This document shows, piece after piece, positions 50,010-61,100 of a stretch of DNA of 64,000 nt. The notes beneath the pieces were generated by a model. The model ran no database searches, had not been told where the DNA came from, and saw only the letters and a list, made by a program, of their open reading frames with translations. Source of the DNA: Mobula hypostoma. Lineage: Eukaryota. A program made the position numbers and the translations under genes. Within the stretch, counting starts at the first letter, position 1. Each line of letters opens with the position of its first letter. Location: NCBI RefSeq assembly GCF_963921235.1, contig NC_086097.1, positions 135,968,001 through 136,032,000 of the forward strand. Direction: 5' to 3'.

Positions 50010-52328
50010 CCATCGTCATCGTCAGCTCCTGGGTCCTCAGAGGCTCCATCTTCCTCTCACCCCAACCCTCCCCTCTCCATTGACACCCCCAGCCTCCCCC
50101 CTCCCCCCTCTGATCCCAGCTCTCATCCGTGCTGGGTCTTTACCATCCCCTCCGACCTTCAACTGTCGGAGGCAGAGCGCTCCGTCCTCAGTAAGGGCCT
50201 CACCTTTGTCCCCCTTCGCCCACACCTCAGCGAGTTCCGTGTTCGCCACGATGCGGAACTCTTCTTCTGCCGTCTCCGTCTCCGAGCCTACTTCTTCGGC
50301 AAGGACTCTTCCACCCCCACCGATGACCCCTTCTCCCGTCTTCAACCCTCCTCTTCTTTATGGACACCCCGCTCTGGACTTCTGCCTGCTCTGGATCTCT
50401 TTATTGCTAACTGCCGACGGGACATCAACCGTCTCGACTTCACCGCACCTTGTCCCCATTCCAACCTCACTCCTTCGGAACGCTCTGCTCTCCACTCCCT
50501 CCGCACTAATCCTAACCTTATTATTAAACCCGCCAATAAGGGGGGTGCTGTTGTAGTCTGGCGTACTGACCTTTACTTTGCCGAGGCACAGCGACAACTC
50601 GCGGATACCTCCGCTTATTTACCCCTCGATCGTGACCCCACTAAGGAGCACTAGGCCATTGTCTCCCATACCATCACCGACTTTATCCGCTCAGGGGATC
50701 TCCCATCCACTGCTACCAACTTTATAGTTCCCACACCTCGCACTTCCTGTTTCTACCTCCTACCCAAGATCCACAAACCTGCCTGTCCTGGCAGACGTAT
50801 TGTCTCAGCTTGCTCCTGCCCCACCAAACTCGTTTCTGCATACCTCGACACTGTTTTATCCCCCCTTGTTCAATCCCTTCCTGCCTATGTTCGTGACACT
50901 TCCCACGCTCTTAAACTTTTCGATGATTTTAAGTTCCCTGGTCCCCACTGCTTTATTTTCACCATGCATGTCCAGTCCCTATATACTTCCATCCCCCATC
51001 AGGAAGGTCTCAAAGCTCTCCGCTTCTTTTTGGATTCCAGACCTAATCAGTTCCCCTCTACCACCACTCTCCTCCATCTAGCGGAATTCGTCCTTACTCT
51101 TAATAATTTCTCCTTTGGCACCTCCCACTTCCTCCAAACTAAAGGTGTAGCTATGGGCACCCGTATGGGTCCTAGCTATGCCTGCCTTTTTGTTGGGTTT
51201 GTGGAACAATCTATGTTCCGTGCCTATTCTGGTATCTGTCCCCCACTTTTCCTTCGCTACATCGATGACTGCATTGGCGCTGCTTCCTGCACGCATGCTG
51301 AGCTCGTTGACTTTATCAACTTTGCCTTCAACTTTCACCCTGCCCTCAAGTTTACCTGGTCCATTTCTGACACCTCCGTCTCCTTTCTTGATCTTTCTGT
51401 CTCTGTCTCTGGAGATAGCTTATCCACTGATGTCTACTATAAGCCTACTGACTCTCACAGCTAACTGGACTATTTCTCTTCTCACCCTGTCTCTTGCAAA
51501 AATGCCATCCCCTTCTCGCAATTCCTCCGTCTCCGCGTCATCTGTTCTCAGGATGAGGCTTTTCATTCTAGGTCGAGGGAGATGTCCTCCTTTTTTAAAG
51601 AAAGGGGCTTCCCTTCCTCCACTATCAACTCTGCTCTCAAACGCATCTCCCCCATTTCACGTACATCTGCTCTCACTCCATCCTCCCGCCACTCCACTAG
51701 GAATAGGGTTCCCCTGGTCCTCACCTACCACCCCACCAGCCTCCGGGTCCAACATATTATTCTCCGTAGCTTCCGCCACCTCCAACGGGATCCCACCACT
51801 AAGCACATCTTTCCCTCACCCCCTCTTTCTGTATTCCGCAGGGATCGCTCCCTACGCGTCTCCCTTGTCCATTCGTTCCCCCCCCCATCCCTCCCCACTG
51901 ATCTCCCTCCTGGCACTTATCCATGTATGCGGAACAAGTGCTACACATGCCCTTACACTTCCTCCCTTATCACCATTCAGGGCCCCAAACAGTCCTTCCA
52001 GGTGAGGCGACACTTCACCTGTGAGTCGGCTGGGGTGATATACTGCGTCCGGTGCTCCCGATGTGGCCTTCTATATATTGACGAGACCCGACGCAGACTG
52101 GGAGACCGCTTTGCTGAACACCTACGCTCTGTCCGCCAGAGAAAGCAGGATCTCCCAGTGGCCACAAATTTTAATTCCACATCCCATTCCCATTCTGACA
52201 TGTCTATCCACGGCCTCCTCTACTGTAAAGATGAAGCCACACTCAGGTTGGAGGAACAACACCTTATATTCCGTCTGGGTAGCCTCCAACCTGATGGCAT
52301 AAACATCGACTTCTCTAACTTCCGCTAA
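50010..52328 (+). pseudogene. PLE reverse transcriptase-GIY-YIG endonuclease ORF with in-frame stops
   Basis: VLSKGLTFVP, IKPANKG, FYLLPKIHK, VQSLYTSIP, GVAMGTRMGPSYA, LRYIDD, VYYKPTD; linker CMRNKCYTC; GVIYCVRCSRCGLLYIDETRRRLGDRFAEH; stops at ~50652 and ~51462. Confidence 0.92.
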
Positions 52329-52620
52329 TGCCCCACCGCCCCCTCGTACCCCATCTGTTATTTATTTTTATACACACATTCTTTCTCTCACTCTCCTTTT
52401 TCTCCCTCTGTCTCTCTGACTATACCCCTTGCCCATCCTCTGGGTTCCCCCCCCCCGTCTTTCTTCCCGGACCTCCTGTCCCATGATCCTCTCATATCCC
52501 CTTTGCCAATCATCTGTCCAGCTCTTGGCTGCATCCCTCCCCCTCCTGTCTTCTCCTATCATTTTGGATCTCCCCCTCCCCCTCCAACTTACAAATCCCT
52601 TACTCACTCTTCCTTCAGTT

Positions 52621-52656
52621 AGTCCTGACGAAGGGTCTGGGCCTGAAACGTCGACT
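52621..52656 (+). ncRNA. Minimal type I hammerhead ribozyme in the pLTR
   Basis: AGTC-CTGACGA-AGGGTCTGGGCCT-GAAA-CG-TC-GACT: intact core, stems I and II, GUC cleavage triplet. The inverted copy at 49935-49970 has a core mutation (CTGACAA). Confidence 0.75.
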
Positions 52657-53312
52657 GCACCTCTTCCTAGAGATGCTGCCTGGCCTGCTGCGTTCACCAG
52701 CAACTTTGATGTGTGTTGCCTGTATTTCCAGCATCTGCAGAATTCCTCGTGTTTGCGAGTCAAATACGGGACACTTGTGTTTACCCCAAGAAAGATTACC
52801 AAGACCATGAAGCCTTGCACGGGCACCTGTGCGCGCATACATGACGTACACAAGTGTGTACGTGCTGATTTTTTTTTCTACAAATTGGTTTTGGCTTAAT
52901 CTTCCCGATTCTATTAAGTGAAACTACACTGTGCATACATTATTTCTACTTTATACAGGCTGTGTATTTATCATATCATTCCTGCTTTTACTATATGTTA
53001 GTGTTATTTTAGGTTTTATGTGTTATTTGGTATGATTTGGCAGGTTATTTCAAGTTCAACAGTGCGTGACAGGGAATGAGGAAAGGTGCAGCTGACTCAT
53101 ATAGTTTCCTCGCAGCCCGGTGGTTGGGGACCACTGATATATAGGGCTGAGTTCACTACTCTCTGAAGCCTCTAATGTCTGGGTCTAAACCAGGAATTGT
53201 AAATTTGATGCAAAAAGCAAACTGCAGTTTGAGCAACATCTGTGAGAGGAAGGAATTGTTGATGTTATGGGTCAAGACCCTACATCTCGATAGAGAGTGG
53301 AAAGGGAAAATA

Positions 53313-53547
53313 GTGTGTGTGAGTGTGTGTGTGAGAGTGAGTGTGTGTGAGAGTGAGTGTGTGTGTGTGTGAGTGTGAGAGTGAGTGTGTGTGTGTGTGC
53401 ATGTGAGTGTGAGAGTGTGTGTGTGTGAGTGTGCGTGTGTGAGTGTGAGTGTGTGTGTGTGTGTGCACGTGTGTGAGTGTGTGAGTGTGCGTGTGTGAGT
53501 GTGTGTGTGTGTGCGTGTGTGAGTGTGCGTGCGTGAGTGTGCGTGTG

Positions 53548-53585
<38 letters not shown>

Positions 53586-53621
53586 TGTGTGAGTGTGCGT
53601 GCGTGAGTGTGCGTGTGTGTG
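53313..53621. repeat. Compound (GT)n microsatellite with GA/GC interruptions
   Basis: Directly visible. Confidence 0.97.
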
Positions 53622-54211
53622 TTGGGAAGGGGAACGGGGCTTGTTTTGCTGCTGTTGCTTGTGTTGTTCTGTGAACATGATGTGTCTGCTGGAATGTGTG
53701 GTGACACTTGTGGGCTGCACCCCCAGCACATTCTGGAGTTGTGTTGCTTCTTCACGCGAGTGCTGCCTTTCACAAATGTTTTGGTGTACGTGTAAGAAAT
53801 AAATGAATGTGAATCGGAATGAAGAGGAGAGCGGCGAGGTTTCGACTAGGGCCAATAGATGGAACCAGGTGAGGAAGGAGAGGAGGGTGGAGTTGGGAGA
53901 CTGAGGCAGGATGGTGATGGGTGGAAGCAGCAATCATAAATAAAGAGGGAGATGGAACCAGGTGTCAGTGGGGAGGAATGAAAATGGAGACAAAGACCGC
54001 AATTCCTCCCTCCCCATCACCTGCCCACCCCTGAGTCTCAAGAATTGGGGGGCCGAGTGGAGCTGGCAGGCTGAGTAGACTCACTCTCTCACTGTGTCAG
54101 TAAGGATTCTTGGTTCCTGCTCTTCCTGTGCCTGCACACTCTCCCGTCATGGCTGTGTCTCACACACACTGCTTCTGCTCATTTCTGACTAGTGAAAGAT
54201 TCTGGAACAGG

Positions 54212-54562
54212 AGCCTGTTTTAATTGGGGTCTGCCTGTATAACAGTGTCAGCATGTTGTAACTGGGGGTCTGTCTGTTTAACAGTGCCAGCATGTTTTAA
54301 CTGGAGTCTGCCTGTATAACAGTGTTAGCCTGTTGTAACTGGCGTCTGCCTGTATAACAGTGTTAGCCTGTTGTAACTGGGGCCTGCGTGTATAACAGCA
54401 TCAGCTATGTTGCAACTGGGATCAACTTGTATAATAGTGTTAACCTGTTGTAACTAGGGTCTGCCTGTGTAACAGCGTCAGCCTGTTGTAACTGGAGTCT
54501 GCCTGTGTAACAGTGTCAGCCTGTTGTAACTGGAGTCTGCCTGTGTAACTGTATCAGTCTGC
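54212..54562. repeat. 38-bp tandem repeat, ~9 copies
   Basis: Unit gcctgttgtaactggagtctgcctgtgtaacagtgtca. Confidence 0.9.
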
Positions 54563-55199
54563 ATTAAGTAGAGTGTATGAGCGTTTTCAACCCTAGAATG
54601 AAAAAAAGAAAGCTAGCCATGTCACACATCCTCAAGAGCAGGAGGAGAGTCTCCTTAGTATACAGGAGACTGCAGATGCTGGAATGTGGCGCACACAGAA
54701 CCTGCTGGAGGAACTCAGTTGAGTCAAGCAGAGTAGCACCTGCAGGAGGAAATGAGTGAGAGTGGAAAGGGGAGATGGCCAGAACAAAGAGGAGAAAGAG
54801 GATGACGAGAGGGGATTCTGAGGAGGGGTGAAAGATGATGGACCGATAATGCAAGGTAGGGCAGGTGAACAATAGATAGAGGACACAAAAGGGTAAACAA
54901 CAGATTGAGCAAGGTGATAGGGGGAGTGTGTCTGGAGAGAGTCAGGATAGGTGACAGTTGCTGGAGGGAAATACGCAGATACATAAAGATGTAATAACAA
55001 ATACGTCTGTAAGGTTGCCACTCATTTTTTTACAGTTCAAGGAATTAAGACCCATCCTGGCAATATCTGTGTGACTCCTTTCTACACTCTTTCCAGTTTA
55101 AGTGTATTTTTTCTCTAACAGGGTGACCAAAGCTCTACACAATACTCCAAGTGCAGTCTCGCCAGCGACTAATGCACCATGACATAACGTTCCAAACTC

Positions 55200-58100
55200 T
55201 ATACTGGCTGCATCACAGCCTGGTATGGAAACACCAATGTCTTTGAACAGAAAGTCCTACAAAAAGTTCATCATCAGTAAAACCCTCCCAACCAGTCCAT
55301 CAGGGGTAAAACCCTCCCAACCAGTCTGTCATGGGTAAAACCCTCCCAACCAGGCGGTCACGGGTAAAACCTTCCCAACCAGTCCATCAGGGGTAAAACC
55401 CTCCCAACCAGTCTGTCATGGGTAAAGCCCTCCCAACCAGTCCGTCACGGGTAAAACCCTCCAAACCAGCCCGTCACGGGTAAAACCCTCCCAACCAGTC
55501 TGTCACGGGTAAAGCCCTCCCAACCAGTCCGTCACAGGTAAAACCCTCCCAACCAGTCCGTCAGGGGTAAAACCCTCCCAACCAGTCCGTCACAGGTAAA
55601 ACCCTCCCAACCAGTCCGTCAGGGGTAAAACCCTCCCAACCAGTCCATCAGGGGTAAAGCCCTCCCAACCAGTCCATCAGGGGTAAAACCCTCCCAACCA
55701 GTCCGTCACGGGTAAAGCCCTCCCAGCCAGTCTGTCACGGGTAAAGCCCTCCCAACCAGTCCATCAGGGGTAAAACCCTCCCAACCAGTCCGTCAGGGGT
55801 AAAACCCTCCCAACCAGTTCGTCACAGGTAAAACCCTCCCAACCAGTCCGTCAGGGGTAAAACCCTCCCAACCAGTCCATCAGGGGTAAAGCCCTCCCAA
55901 CCAGTCCATCAGGGGTAAAACCCTCCCAACCAGTCCGTCACGGGTAAAACCCTCCCAACCAGCCGGTCACGGGCAAAACCCTCCCAACCAGTCTGTCATG
56001 GGTAAAGCCCTCCCAACCAGTCCGTCAGGGATAAAACCCTCCCAACCAGTCCGTCAGGGGTAAAACCCTCCCAACCAGTCCGTCACGGGTAAAGCCCTCC
56101 CAACCAGTCTGTCACGGGTAAAGCCCTCCCAACCAGTCTGTCACGGGTAAAACCCTCCCAACCAGTCTGTCACGGGTAAAGCCCTCCCAACCAGTCTGTC
56201 ACGGGTAAAACCCTCCCAACCAGTCCGTCATGGGTAAAACCCTCCCAACCAGTCTGTCACGGGTAAAGCCCTCCCAACCAGTCCGTCACGGGTAAAGCCC
56301 TCCCAACCAGTCCGTCACGGGTAAAACCCTCCCAACCAGTCCGTCACGGGTAAAGCCCTCCCAACCAGTCCGTCACGGGTAAAACACTCCCAACCAGTCC
56401 GTCACGGGTAAAGCCCTCCCAACCAGTCTGTCACGGGTAAAACCCTCCCAACCAGTCTGTCACGGGTAAAGCCCTCCCAACCAGTCTGTCACGGGTAAAA
56501 CCCTCCCAACCAGTCCGTCATGGGTAAAACCCTCCCAACCAGTCTGTCACGGGTAAAGCCCTCCCAACCAGTCCGTCACAGGTAAAACCCTCCCAACCAG
56601 TCCGTCAGGGGTAAAACCCTCCCAACCAGTCCGTCACAGGTAAAACCCTCCCAACCAGTCCGTCAGGGGTAAAACCCTCCCAACCAGTCCGTCACAGGTA
56701 AAACCCTCCCAACCAGTCCGTCAGGGGTAAAACCCTCCCAACCAGTCCATCAGGGGTAAAGCCCTCCCAACCAGTCCGTCACGGGTAAAACCCTCCCAAA
56801 CAGCCAGTCACGGGCAAAACTCTCCCAACCAGTCTGTCACAGGTAAAACCCTCCCAACCAGTCCGTCAGGGGTAAAACCCTCCCAACCAGTACATCAGGG
56901 GTAAAGCCCTCCCAACCAGTCCATCAGGGATAAAACCCTCCCAACCAGTCCGTCACGGGTAAAGCCCTCCCAACAAGTCTGTCACGGGTAAACCCTCCCA
57001 ACCAGTCCATCACGGGTAAAACCCTCCCAACCAGTCCGTCAGGGGTAAAACCCTCCCAACCAGTCCGTCACAGGTAAAACCCTCCCAACCAGTCCGTCAG
57101 GGGTAAAACCCTCCCAACCAGTCCGTCAGGGGTAAAACCCTCCCAACCAGTCCATCAGGGGTAAAGCCCTCCCAACCAGTCCATCAGGGGTAAAACCCTC
57201 CCAACCAGTCCGTCACGGGTAAAGCCCTCCCAACCAGTCTGTCACGGGTAAAGCCCTCCCAACCAGTCCATCACAGGTAAAACCCTCCCAACCAGTCCGT
57301 CAGGGGTAAAACCCTCCCAACCAGTCCGTCACAGGTAAAACCCTCCCAACCAGTCCGTCAGGGGTAAAACCCTCCCAACCAGTCCATCAGGGGTAAAGCC
57401 CTCCCAACCAGTCCATCAGGGGTAAAACCCTCCCAACCAGTCCGTCACGGGTAAAACCCTCCCAACCAGCCAGTCACGGGCAAAACTCTCCCAACCAGTC
57501 TGTCATGGGTAAAGCCCTCCCAACCAGTCCGTCAGGGGTAAAACCCTCCCAACCAGTCCGTCACAGGTAAAACCCTCCCAACCAGTCCGTCAGGGGTAAA
57601 ACCCTCCCAACCAGTCCATCAGGGGTAAAGCCCTCCCAACCAGTCCATCAGGGATAAAACCCTCCCAACCAGTCCGTCACGGGTAAAGCCCTCCCAACAA
57701 GTCTGTCACGGGTAAAGCCCTCCCAACCAGTCCATCACGGGTAAAACCCTCCCAACCAGTCCGTCAGGGGTAAAACCCTCCCAACCAGTCCGTCACAGGT
57801 AAAACCCTCCCAACCAGTCCGTCAGGGGTAAAACCCTCCCAACCAGTCCGTCAGGGGTAAAACCCTCCCAACCAGTCCATCAGGGGTAAAGCCCTCCCAA
57901 CCAGTCCATCAGGGGTAAAACCCTCCCAACCAGTCCGTCACGGGTAAAACCCTCCCAACCAGCCGGTCACGGGCAAAACCTTCCCAACCAGTCTGTCATG
58001 GGTAAAGCCCTCCCAACCAGTCCGTCAGGGGTAAAACCCTCCCAACCAGTCCGTCACAGGTAAAACCCTCCCAACCAGTCCGTCAGGGGTAAAACCCTCC

Positions 58101-61100
58101 CAACCAGTCCATCAGGGGTAAAGCCCTCCCAACCAGTCCATCAGGGGTAAAACCCTCCCAACCAGTCCGTCACGGGTAAAGCCCTCCCAACCAGTCTGTC
58201 ACGGGTAAAGCCCTCCCAACCAGTCCATCACAGGTAAAACCCTCCCAACCAGTCCGTCAGGGGTAAAACCCTCCCAACCAGTCCGTCACAGGTAAAACCC
58301 TCCCAACCAGTCCGTCAGGGGTAAAACCCTCCCAACCAGTCCATCAGGGGTAAAGCCCTCCCAACCAGTCCATCAGGGGTAAAACCCTCCCAACCAGTCC
58401 GTCACGGGTAAAACCCTCCCAACCAGCCGGTCACGGGCAAAACCCTCCCAACCAGTCTGTCATGGGTAAAGCCCTCCCAACCAGTCCGTCAGGGGTAAAA
58501 CCCTCCCAACCAGTCCGTCAGGGGTAAAACCCTCCCAACCAGTCCGTCACAGGTAAAACCCTCCCAACCAGTCCGTCAGGGGTAAAACCCTCCCAACCAG
58601 TCCATCAGGGGTAAAGCCCTCCCAACCAGTCCGTCACGGGTAAAGCCCTCCCAACCAGTCTGTCACGGGTAAAGCCCTCCCAACCAGTCCGTCACGGGTA
58701 AAACCCTCCCAACCAGTCCGTCAGGGGTAAAACCCTCCCAACCAGTCTGTCATGGGTAAAGCCCTCCCAACCAGTCTGTCATGGGTAAAGCCCTCCCAAC
58801 CAGTCCGTCACGGGTAAAGCCCTCCCAACCAGTCCATCACGGGTAAAGCCCTCCCAACCAGTCCATCACAGGTAAAACCCTCCCAACCAGTCCGTCACGG
58901 GTAAAGCCCTCCCAACCAGTCCGTCACGGGTAAAACCCTCCCAACCAGTCCGTCACAGGTAAAGCCATCCCAACCAGTCCGTCACGGGTAAAGCCCTCCC
59001 AACCAGTCTGTCACGGGTAAAACCCTCCCAACCAGTCTGTCACGGGTAAAACCCTCCCAACCAGCCCGTCACAGGTAAAGCCCTCCCAACCAGCCGGTCA
59101 CAGGTAAAGCCCTCCCAACCAGTCCATCACGGGTAAAGCCCTCCCAACCAGTCCGTCACGGGTAAAAACCCTCCCAACCAGCCGGTCACAGGTAAAGCCC
59201 TCCCAACCAGCCGGTCACAGGTAAAGCCCTCCCAACCAGTCCATCGCGGGTAAAGCCCTCCCAACCAGTCCGTCACGGGTAAAGCCCTCCCAACCAGTCC
59301 GTCACGGGTAAAACCCTCCCAACCAGTCCGTCAGGGGTAAAACCCTCCCAACCAGTCCGTCACGGGTAAAACCCTCCCAACCAGTCCGTCAGGGGTAAAA
59401 CCCTCCCAACCAGTCCGTCACAGGTAAAACCCTCCCAACCAGTCCGTCAGGGGTAAAACCCTTCCCACCAGTACATCAGGGGTAAAGCCCTCCCAACCAG
59501 TCCATCAGGGGTAAAACCCTCCCAACCAGTCCGTCACGGGTAAAACCCTCCCAACCAGCCGGTCACGGGCAAAACCCTCCCAACCAGTCTGTCATGGGTA
59601 AAGCCCTCCCAACCAGTCCGTCAGGGGTAAAACCCTCCCAACCAGTCCGTCACAGGTAAAACCCTCCCAACCAGTCCGTCAGGGGTAAAACCCTCCCAAC
59701 CAGTCCATCAGGGGTAAAGCCCTCCCAACCAGTCCATCAGGGGTAAAACCCTCCCAACCAGTCCGTCACGGGTAAAACCCTCCCAACCAGTCCGTCATGG
59801 GTAAAACCCTCCCAACCAGTCCGTCAGGGGTAAAACCCTCCCAACCAGTCCGTCACGGGTAAAGCCCTCCCAACCAGTCTGTCACGGGTAAAGCCCTCCC
59901 AACCAGTCCATCACGGGTAAAACCCTCCCAACCAGTCCGTCAGGGGTAAAACCCTCCCAACCAGTCTGTCATGGGTAAAGCCCTCCCAACCATTCCATCA
60001 CGGGTAAAACCCTCCCAACCAGTCCATCAGGGGTAAAACCCTCCCAACCAGTCCGTCACGGGTAAAGCCCTCCCAACCAGTCCGTCACGGGTAAAACCCT
60101 CCCAACCAGTCCGTCACAGGTAAAGCCATCCCAACCAGTCCGTCACGGGTAAAGCCCTCCCAACCAGTCTGTCACGGGTAAAACCCTCCCAACCCGTCTG
60201 TCACGGGTAAAACCCTCCCAACCAGCCGGTCACAGGTAAAGCCCTCCCAACCAGGCGGTCACAGGTAAAGCCCTCCCAACCAGTCCATCACGGGTAAAGC
60301 CCTCCCAACCAGTCCGTCACGGGTAAAGCCCTCCCAACCAGCCGGTCACAGGTAAAGCCCTCCCAACCAGTCCATCACGGGTAAAGCCCTCCCAACCAGT
60401 CCGTCACGGGTAAAGCCCTCCCAACCAGTCCGTCACAGGCAAAGCCCTCCCAACCAGTCCGTCACGGGTAAAACCCTCCCAACCAGTCCGTCACGGGTAA
60501 AGCCCTCCCAACCAGTCTGTCACGGGTAAAACCCTCCCAACCAGCCGGTCACAGGTAAAGCCCTCCCAACCAGTCTGTCACGGGTAAAGCCCTCCCAACC
60601 AGTCTGTCACGGGTAAAAGCCTCCCAACCAGCCGGTCACCGGTAAAGCCCTCCCAACCAGTCTGTCACGGGTAAAACCCTCCCAACCAGCCGGTCACGGG
60701 TAAAACCCTCCCAACCAGTCCGTCACGGGTAAAGCCCTCCCAACCAGTCTGTCATGGGTAAAACCTTCCCAACCAGTCTGTCACGGGTAAAGCCCTCCCA
60801 ACCAGTCCGTCACGGGTAAAACCCTCCCAACCAGTCCGTCAGGGGTAAAACCCTCCCAACCAGTCCGTCACAGGTAAAACCCTCCCAACCAGTCCGTCAG
60901 GGGTAAAACCCTCCCAACCAGTCCGTCACAGGTAAAACCCTCCCAACCAGTCCGTCAGGGGTAAAACCCTCCCAACCAGTCCATCAGGGGTAAAGCCCTC
61001 CCAACCAGTCCATCAGGGGTAAAACCCTCCCAACCAGTCCGTCACGGGTAAAGCCCTCCCAACCAGTCCGTCACGGGTAAAACCCTCCCAACCAGCCGGT

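Larger units (their letters stand above)
49873..52757 (+). mobile_element. Penelope-like element (RT plus GIY-YIG; Neptune-like), 5'-truncated with inverted pLTR
   Basis: 49873-49995 is the reverse complement of ~52595-52718; 12-bp TSD AGTCAAATACGG (49861-49872 / 52758-52769). Confidence 0.93.
49733..53136. mobile_element. hAT-type MITE (~510 bp net) split by a Penelope-like element
   Basis: TIRs CAGGGGTCCCCAACC / GGTTGGGGACCACTG (14/15); 8-bp TSD ATCTATAG (49725-49732) / ATATATAG (53137-53144). Confidence 0.85.

Noticed and set aside
49888..52005. Pro/Ser-rich ORFs 49888-50556 and 51178-52005, and antisense ORFs
   Set aside because: Alternative frames of the C-rich Penelope-like ORF
53156..53933. 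His/Thr-rich ORFs of 205 and 217 aa
   Set aside because: Translations of the (GT)n microsatellite
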